A DNA stretch of 64,000 nt from Eremomyces bilateralis CBS 781.70 (taxonomy: Eukaryota). Both the position numbers and the translations under genes were made by a program. This document shows positions 58,327 to 64,000 of this stretch, piece after piece. The DNA lies in assembly GCA_010015585.1 (NCBI GenBank), contig ML975165.1; one strand, written 5' to 3'. Below the pieces are notes generated by a model. The model worked only from the letters and a program-made list of their open reading frames with translations. It did no database searches and was not told where the DNA came from. The number at the start of each line of letters is the position of its first letter. The first letter of the stretch is position 1.

Positions 58327-61215
58327 ATGGCGTCAATATTTACCTTCGACCCCGACCCTCCACGGGTTTCCTCGCCGTGGTCGACACCTACAGCAGTGAC
58401 TCCGAAACAGAGTGCTATACCAGGAACTTCTACAGCACCGGCCTTGGGATTGGACAACAGCCCACTCAGTCTGCTCGAATCTGGCGGCCATGGAGCATCA
58501 GTCACCAAGCTGGAAGCCGAGCCCCAGGAGGGTCCAACAGAGTACAAATTGCATTTACTCCTTCGTCCACGCCGATCCTTCCGCTCCGCCTCGACCAAAT
58601 GGAAACTAGCGGGTTCCAACCGCTCTAGTCGTCCCGGGAAGACTCCAGGAGATGCAGAGACAATGGTGTCCTCCCCTAGCCATGGCCCGGGCAGCAACCG
58701 TTCTGTATCAGATTCTATTGTCACCAAGACACCATCTCTGGCTTCTTCTAACCAGACGCGCCAGCACCGCCTTGAGCAGCTGACCACTCAGCTTCTCTGG
58801 CGACTCCAGCAATCAGCCCCCAGCCAGGGAGGCGGACGTCATGAATCTATTATCCCTGCATTTCCAAATGAATCCTCCGGATTGACATCCCGACCTGTCC
58901 AAGTTGGCCGACTTCTGCCTGGCCTTGAGGAAAGCAGGGGTGCGTTGTATGAAATTGGGGTCGCGGACGACGGAACCCTAGTTGGACTCGCGGACGACGA
59001 GATGCAAGAGAGTTTAGACAACCTTCGAGCCATGGCTGCATCGCTGGGATGCATTGTCGACGTTCTGCGGAAACTTCCTGTTGGTGAATGCCAGTGGTAT
59101 GAGGATGACGATACGGGGGCTGAGCAGCCAACAAGGGTGCTGAAATCCGGTCAACTTTGGGTTGCCGAAGCATTCGTTAAACCTAAATTATATGATGCTG
59201 GGATCAATTCTAGTCGAAAAGAGCATGACACTGGTGGTATTGGACCAGACATTTATCCTATTGCCCCGGGGCTAGGGCCTACGCGAGATGAAGTCAGCAT
59301 ATCTAGTCCGGTTGGACAGCAGTCCCTGGCAACGCAAGTGCGAGTATGTTTTGTCGGTGCTACTCCTTCTGGAAAATCCAGCCTACTCGGGACTCTCACG
59401 ACGGGAACTCTAGACAACGGACGGGGAAAGAGCCGACTCAGCCTCCTTAAGCATCGTCATGAGATTGAGTCTGGGATGACCAGCTCTCTGACCCAAGAAC
59501 TCATTGGGTACCGTGACGATCCTGCGACTGGACAATCACACATCATCAATCGCTCTGTTGACCATGTCGAGTCTTGGGTTGACGTTCATGCTGCCTCGCA
59601 TTCGGGGAGACTCTTGCTGCTCTCTGACTCTGCAGGCCATCCACGGTACCGTCGGACCCTTCTGAGGGGACTCATCGGCTGGCAACCACACTGGACGCTG
59701 GTTTGTATCCCTGCGGATAATGCGGAAGATACCTCTGGCTTGATTGGGGCCACACCTGCTTCTCAAGAAATACTAGGCCCTGGTGCAGCAGGTGTTGATC
59801 TCTCTCGTGCACATCTAGACCTCTGCCTCCGCATCGGGCTGCCACTGGTAGTGATCATCACCAAACTGGACGTTGCCTCGAAATCGGGCCTACGCCAAAC
59901 ATTGTCGACGATTTTGACCGCAATCAAAGCTGCTGGACGCAAGCCGGAGATGATACAAAGTGCAGAAACAGCTGCACCACCTGATCTAGCTACAATTGCT
60001 GCTTCCGATCTTGAACCGATCCGATCCAAATTGGCTCCTCTCGCACAAGATCCTACATCAATTGTCCCTATTGTCCTATCAAGTGCGGTCAATGGACGAG
60101 GTATCAAGGCACTGCACGCCGTACTACATGAGCTCCCAACTCCAATCACGGCTGATCACCAAATTGATACCGTAGGAGACCGCACTGACTCCTTGAATAC
60201 TCTATTTAGGGTGGAGGATATCTATCCATGGCGAGCGATCGCCTCTCCTGGCCCACTTCCGATCAGTGCCTCGTCAGGATCCCTTAAAATATTGAGCGGA
60301 CTTCTCAATCATGGCAGCATCAGTGTCGGAGAGACGCTGTTGCTCGGTCCGTATATGACAAAAGGCAGCGTTTCTATATCCGAAAGTGATGCCGAGTCTG
60401 GAGATGACAACAGCAGCGAACCTGACAGCACGCCCGGATCGCTTGGACATCGTGCACACCATCAGACCAAGAGCATTCATGCGCAGTATCTGTCTCCTGG
60501 AACGCACCTAGTCACCTCACGGTCTTACCCTGGCGCTCTTGACAAGAAGAGCATCGAGCCACTGCCACAGCGCCGTGGAACATCGTTGGCGAAGACCACT
60601 TGGCGTCCTTTCAGGGTCGTAAGTATTCGGAACCTTCGGCTTCCAGTGCAGACTCTTCAGACAGGCACAGTCGGAACTATCGGCGTCATCTCACTCGATG
60701 GTGAGGATGCAGGCAGAGTCCGCAAAGGCATGGTTATGGTGAATGCCGGTGCCATGCGTCAATTGAGAGCACGGCGCCGCTTCCAAGCTCAATTCGACAA
60801 CAGTGGCCAAGTCAGCTCACGTACAGGAGTCAGCGAGCTTCAAATAGGTTCAATGGTGCTGGTTTATGTTGGCAGCGTTAGAGCTAGCGCAAAGGTCATG
60901 GAGGTTGATCACAACCCGTCAAACGAAGATGGGGGTCGCCTGGGGAATATAGCGGAGGGCAAAGATGGAGTAGATGATGGATGGAACTTTGGTTTTGAGG
61001 ACGAAGAAGGGGATACAGGTGAGCCTAGAGGCAGTGGAAGCCGTGATACGTCAGTCACTGTTAGCTTCCAGTTCATTTCCACTACAGAATTTCTGGAAAC
61101 CGGAGCGCAGGTGTTAGTGGAGCCTAGCGGTGGGCATGGGCTGTATATTTCACATGAGCGTGGTGAAAAGGGGCTTGCTGGGCTAGAGTTCTTTATTGGA
61201 CGGGTCATTGACTGA
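58327..61215 (+). CDS. GTPBP1/GTPBP2-like translational GTPase
   Basis: Intronless, 962 aa. EGPTEYKL, QLLWRL, ALYEIGVADDG, P-loop GATPSGKSS, LDNGRGKSRL..KHRHEIESG.TSS, DSAGH, TKLD, SAVNG.GI. Confidence 0.9.
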   Translation: MASIFTFDPDPPRVSSPWSTPTAVTPKQSAIPGTSTAPALGLDNSPLSLLESGGHGASVTKLEAEPQEGPTEYKLHLLLRPRRSFRSASTKWKLAGSNRSSRPGKTPGDAETMVSSPSHGPGSNRSVSDSIVTKTPSLASSNQTRQHRLEQLTTQLLWRLQQSAPSQGGGRHESIIPAFPNESSGLTSRPVQVGRLLPGLEESRGALYEIGVADDGTLVGLADDEMQESLDNLRAMAASLGCIVDVLRKLPVGECQWYEDDDTGAEQPTRVLKSGQLWVAEAFVKPKLYDAGINSSRKEHDTGGIGPDIYPIAPGLGPTRDEVSISSPVGQQSLATQVRVCFVGATPSGKSSLLGTLTTGTLDNGRGKSRLSLLKHRHEIESGMTSSLTQELIGYRDDPATGQSHIINRSVDHVESWVDVHAASHSGRLLLLSDSAGHPRYRRTLLRGLIGWQPHWTLVCIPADNAEDTSGLIGATPASQEILGPGAAGVDLSRAHLDLCLRIGLPLVVIITKLDVASKSGLRQTLSTILTAIKAAGRKPEMIQSAETAAPPDLATIAASDLEPIRSKLAPLAQDPTSIVPIVLSSAVNGRGIKALHAVLHELPTPITADHQIDTVGDRTDSLNTLFRVEDIYPWRAIASPGPLPISASSGSLKILSGLLNHGSISVGETLLLGPYMTKGSVSISESDAESGDDNSSEPDSTPGSLGHRAHHQTKSIHAQYLSPGTHLVTSRSYPGALDKKSIEPLPQRRGTSLAKTTWRPFRVVSIRNLRLPVQTLQTGTVGTIGVISLDGEDAGRVRKGMVMVNAGAMRQLRARRRFQAQFDNSGQVSSRTGVSELQIGSMVLVYVGSVRASAKVMEVDHNPSNEDGGRLGNIAEGKDGVDDGWNFGFEDEEGDTGEPRGSGSRDTSVTVSFQFISTTEFLETGAQVLVEPSGGHGLYISHERGEKGLAGLEFFIGRVID

Positions 61216-61799
61216 ATCGCGGTCAGAGGTGTTACTAGAAGGCACATGATATCCATTATTTCCCTTAGTTGTTCTTCAATCTACGGCTCAGAGTTCCTTG
61301 TTTATGAGAGTCTGGTCTATATATATCACTGATGGGTCTGTCGATGACCTTCGAATCTTTGTAATATAAATTACTAGACTTCAGTGCATTCATCGAACCG
61401 CGTTTTCGTATCTATCGATGTGTGACTCCAGTCTGAATATCCTGTCAGCGCGGGGCATCCAGTTAAACAATGTGACTGGCAACCCATGCAATTTGGGCGG
61501 TTAGCGGGGGATTGATGCCTATCACCAACTCCAATCGGCCCTTGCATTGTGCTTCCCAGCACTGCGACTTGCCGCTCGAATGCAGGCTAATCCTGCATAG
61601 AGCTCCCATCCTCGGGCTGCTCTGCAGATGTTGAACCGAACCCGGCCAATTCGACGGTTCAAGGCACGATAGATGACGGAAGCTTGCATACGACCTCGCT
61701 TCCAGTTCTCTTCCTGCCTCCTCCTGTCTCCTCAATGTGACTCACGTTCGTCTCGAGGCCGTCCTCGACGAAACTCCAGATGAGCTGGAATAGCCTAGG

Positions 61800-62984
61800 A
61801 TGGCGAGTACAGATTCATCAGTGCTGTCCATCATCGCAGCGTTCACAAATGGGTTGGATATACTAAAGCGGGTTCGGCTAAGGCGGAGAAGGAAGAAGAG
61901 CAAGGCTACCGAGAAAAGAGACAATGAATTGGGAGGGGAAGAGCTCAAGTTGCAGAAGTCGTTGCAGGAGGGGCCAGTTCATGTCTATGAGGCCTATGAT
62001 CGGAACAGGAGGCGGAGTGGGCTGCGATATGCTCAAGGCGATGGTACGACCCCTATGTTCGGTTGTATATGATGGACTGCTCACAACAATGGCCCAGAAA
62101 TCGCACATACATCACTCATGCACACGCTGTTGAAACTTAATACCGGACTAGTCGGCATCATCTCCTCGTTCCTCGGCAGCGGTCGGAAAGATGCGAAGCT
62201 GGATTACCGTAGCCTAACCAAGCTCTCCGATGAGTCTCGAGCGGAGACCATTGATGCTTTAGGGAAGCTGTACCACCGAATATCCCGCTCGGACCTCACA
62301 TTGCTCCAACCGCAGCCTTTCTGCGGTAGATGTAGGCGTCGGGTACATCATGGGCCTTGCCAGAGTCACGGCGATGCAAAGTCGGCCGAATCGAACCCGT
62401 CTAGACGTGGGGATGACGCGGCCGAAAAGCGGATGCGGCAAACGAGTCGGCAGAAAGACGACCAAGCTAGTGTGCAGCGAGTTCAACACGGCTCTGCAGA
62501 ATCGCGTCTGGTCATGGTACGGCCGCGAGGTCGGCGGACGAGATCATCTTCGACGAGTTCGTCGGGCATGAAATCCGGGGAGACGACGGCTGTGGCATCA
62601 CCAACATCATTGCCAACCATGACTCCCACGACACCCTCTCCGAAACCAGTGCGTGGACATCGACCGCCGCCTGTACATGCTCACTCATACCCTACTGCTT
62701 TTCCAGCAGCGTCGCCAGGTCGCACTACGCAACATGGACGCGTTGCTCCGGTACCCACGAGAAGACAGGATAAGTTAACGCCGAGCTACTACTCGTTCGC
62801 TTCAAACAGTACGAAGCTCGGAGAGATCCCTATGCGCAATTGGACGGTCCCATTCGACGAGGCTGAGGCTCGGAGGCTGAACGAGGCGGCTATGGACATG
62901 CCGTATCCGTGGCATAGCCCCCCGGTGGAGCAGAAGGAGAGACCAAAAGGTCGGTTTCGGTTTTGGAAAAAGGGGGAGGATTGA
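61800..62984 (+). CDS. Hypothetical fungal protein with helical N-terminal domain and S/P/R-rich tail
   Basis: Intron 62044-62097 joins the 61800 and 62118 ORFs in frame (..YAQGD|EIAHTSLMHTLLKLN). Motif-like YSFASNSTKLGEIP. Confidence 0.75.
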
Positions 62985-63157
62985 GCTGTCCGTGTGTTAA
63001 TGGTAATTCTGATGACTGATGAGCTACGAAATCACTTTAGCATTCTGACAGCGTTGAAGCGATGCACTTACAAATTCTGTCTGGATTATCGTGTGCAAAT
63101 TCGAGAATGAAAGTAGCGATATATTTAATATATGCTAATGGTATTTCGAACAATCAG

Positions 63158-64000
63158 TCATAAGATTTCCTTCAAGGGTTTCTGCTCCACCTCTCCTTTC
63201 TTCTGCCCAGACCCCGTCCACTCATCAATTAGCAATCGTGCTATGTTCTTGCCCATCAGTGCATTCGTCTCCATGGTGCTGATAAAACTCTCCATCCCGG
63301 ACGTGTACCACAGTCCCTCATCTAGCTTCAACTCTTCGAATGTAACCCTGGGGAGCCCGTAGGGGTATGAATGCCAAACCTTCCGGTACATCCAGCTGAT
63401 GTCATCCCTGCTAAGTTCGTGGCCAGCTGCAGGTGTGGGAAGGTCGAAGATCTCTGCGAGGAAAGCAGGGTTAACTGATTCGTGGGAGAAGATCTTGTAC
63501 ATGTACTCTGTACGCGGCGGGGAGAAGGCAGTATTGTTGACAGCCCGAAGGGTGCTGATGCTGAAGAATGCGGGTTTTGAATGAGTAGAAGGGTCAGAGG
63601 GTACGGTGGTGAGAATGGTGGTAGGGACTTCGGCGTCGGAGTCTATTCCGAACGCTCGGCCGTGGAGAAGGCGAGGAGAAGTGAAAAGCGTAACATGAAG
63701 CTTTACCCATGGTATCTCCGACGGGATGCTCTCAGGCGCTGGAAGTATGGAAACATTGGCAAATTGATAAGGCGCTGCCAGGATGACCGTATCGAAGCTC
63801 TCGGTCGCTGACTTGACCCCATACGAGTCTACCGTGTCTCCTAGTGACGATATGGTTGGACTTGAGGTAATCCCAAAGCCACTTTTCTCCCTACGTTCAA
63901 TGGCCGAGACTGTGACGTTAAGGCGCACATCTGACGATGCCGTCTTGGCCATATGGGCGAACATCTGCCAGTTGCCCCCTTCCACGGCCATGGCACCCTC
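63158..64000 (-). CDS. Prenylcysteine oxidase/lyase, C-terminal part; starts beyond the right edge
   Basis: AVEGGNWQMF, FDTVILAAP, LHVTL, YKIFS, WHSYP, LWYTSGMESFISTMETNALMGKNIARL. Confidence 0.9.
   Translation of the reverse strand, partial: EGAMAVEGGNWQMFAHMAKTASSDVRLNVTVSAIERREKSGFGITSSPTISSLGDTVDSYGVKSATESFDTVILAAPYQFANVSILPAPESIPSEIPWVKLHVTLFTSPRLLHGRAFGIDSDAEVPTTILTTVPSDPSTHSKPAFFSISTLRAVNNTAFSPPRTEYMYKIFSHESVNPAFLAEIFDLPTPAAGHELSRDDISWMYRKVWHSYPYGLPRVTFEELKLDEGLWYTSGMESFISTMETNALMGKNIARLLIDEWTGSGQKKGEVEQKPLKEIL

Noticed and set aside
63009..63050. CTGATGA-GCTAC-GAAA resembling a minimal hammerhead ribozyme core
   Set aside because: No stem III ending in the required UH and no stem I can be formed in either topology; most likely chance in overlapping 3' UTRs.
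1..64000. CRISPR arrays, rRNA, Starship captain recombinase or secondary-metabolite cluster
   Set aside because: No spaced direct-repeat array, rRNA, tyrosine recombinase, PKS or NRPS was seen.

Overview
Eukaryotic, intron-containing DNA from a filamentous ascomycete (Pezizomycotina-type GT..CTRAC..YAG introns of mostly 50-60 nt). The window is a gene-dense, mostly housekeeping stretch: DOP1 (partial), MON1, DSD1, a LaeA-like methyltransferase, DHH1, an AA11 LPMO, TAF5, MED11, a flavin-reductase-like protein, mitoribosomal bL31m, an AMSH-like deubiquitinase, UTP22, cystathionine gamma-synthase, a C2H2 transcription factor, a GTPBP1/2-like GTPase, prenylcysteine oxidase (partial) and five proteins of unknown function. 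The accessory content is an intact 1,906-bp pogo/Fot1-like DD35D transposon with ~93-bp structured TIRs and a TA target duplication, a decayed ankyrin+TPR (NLR-like) pseudogene, and an orphan gene in an AT-richer island. I found no unambiguous new multi-gene system. The most unusual signals are: repeated strand-symmetric C-rich to G-rich skew flips inside coding regions; a ~590-nt AUG-free region upstream of DHH1; a possible splice-controlled uORF/N-terminal extension on the C2H2 factor; three equal 23-nt microexons; and structured long introns. All exon boundaries were inferred by eye and no database searches were run.
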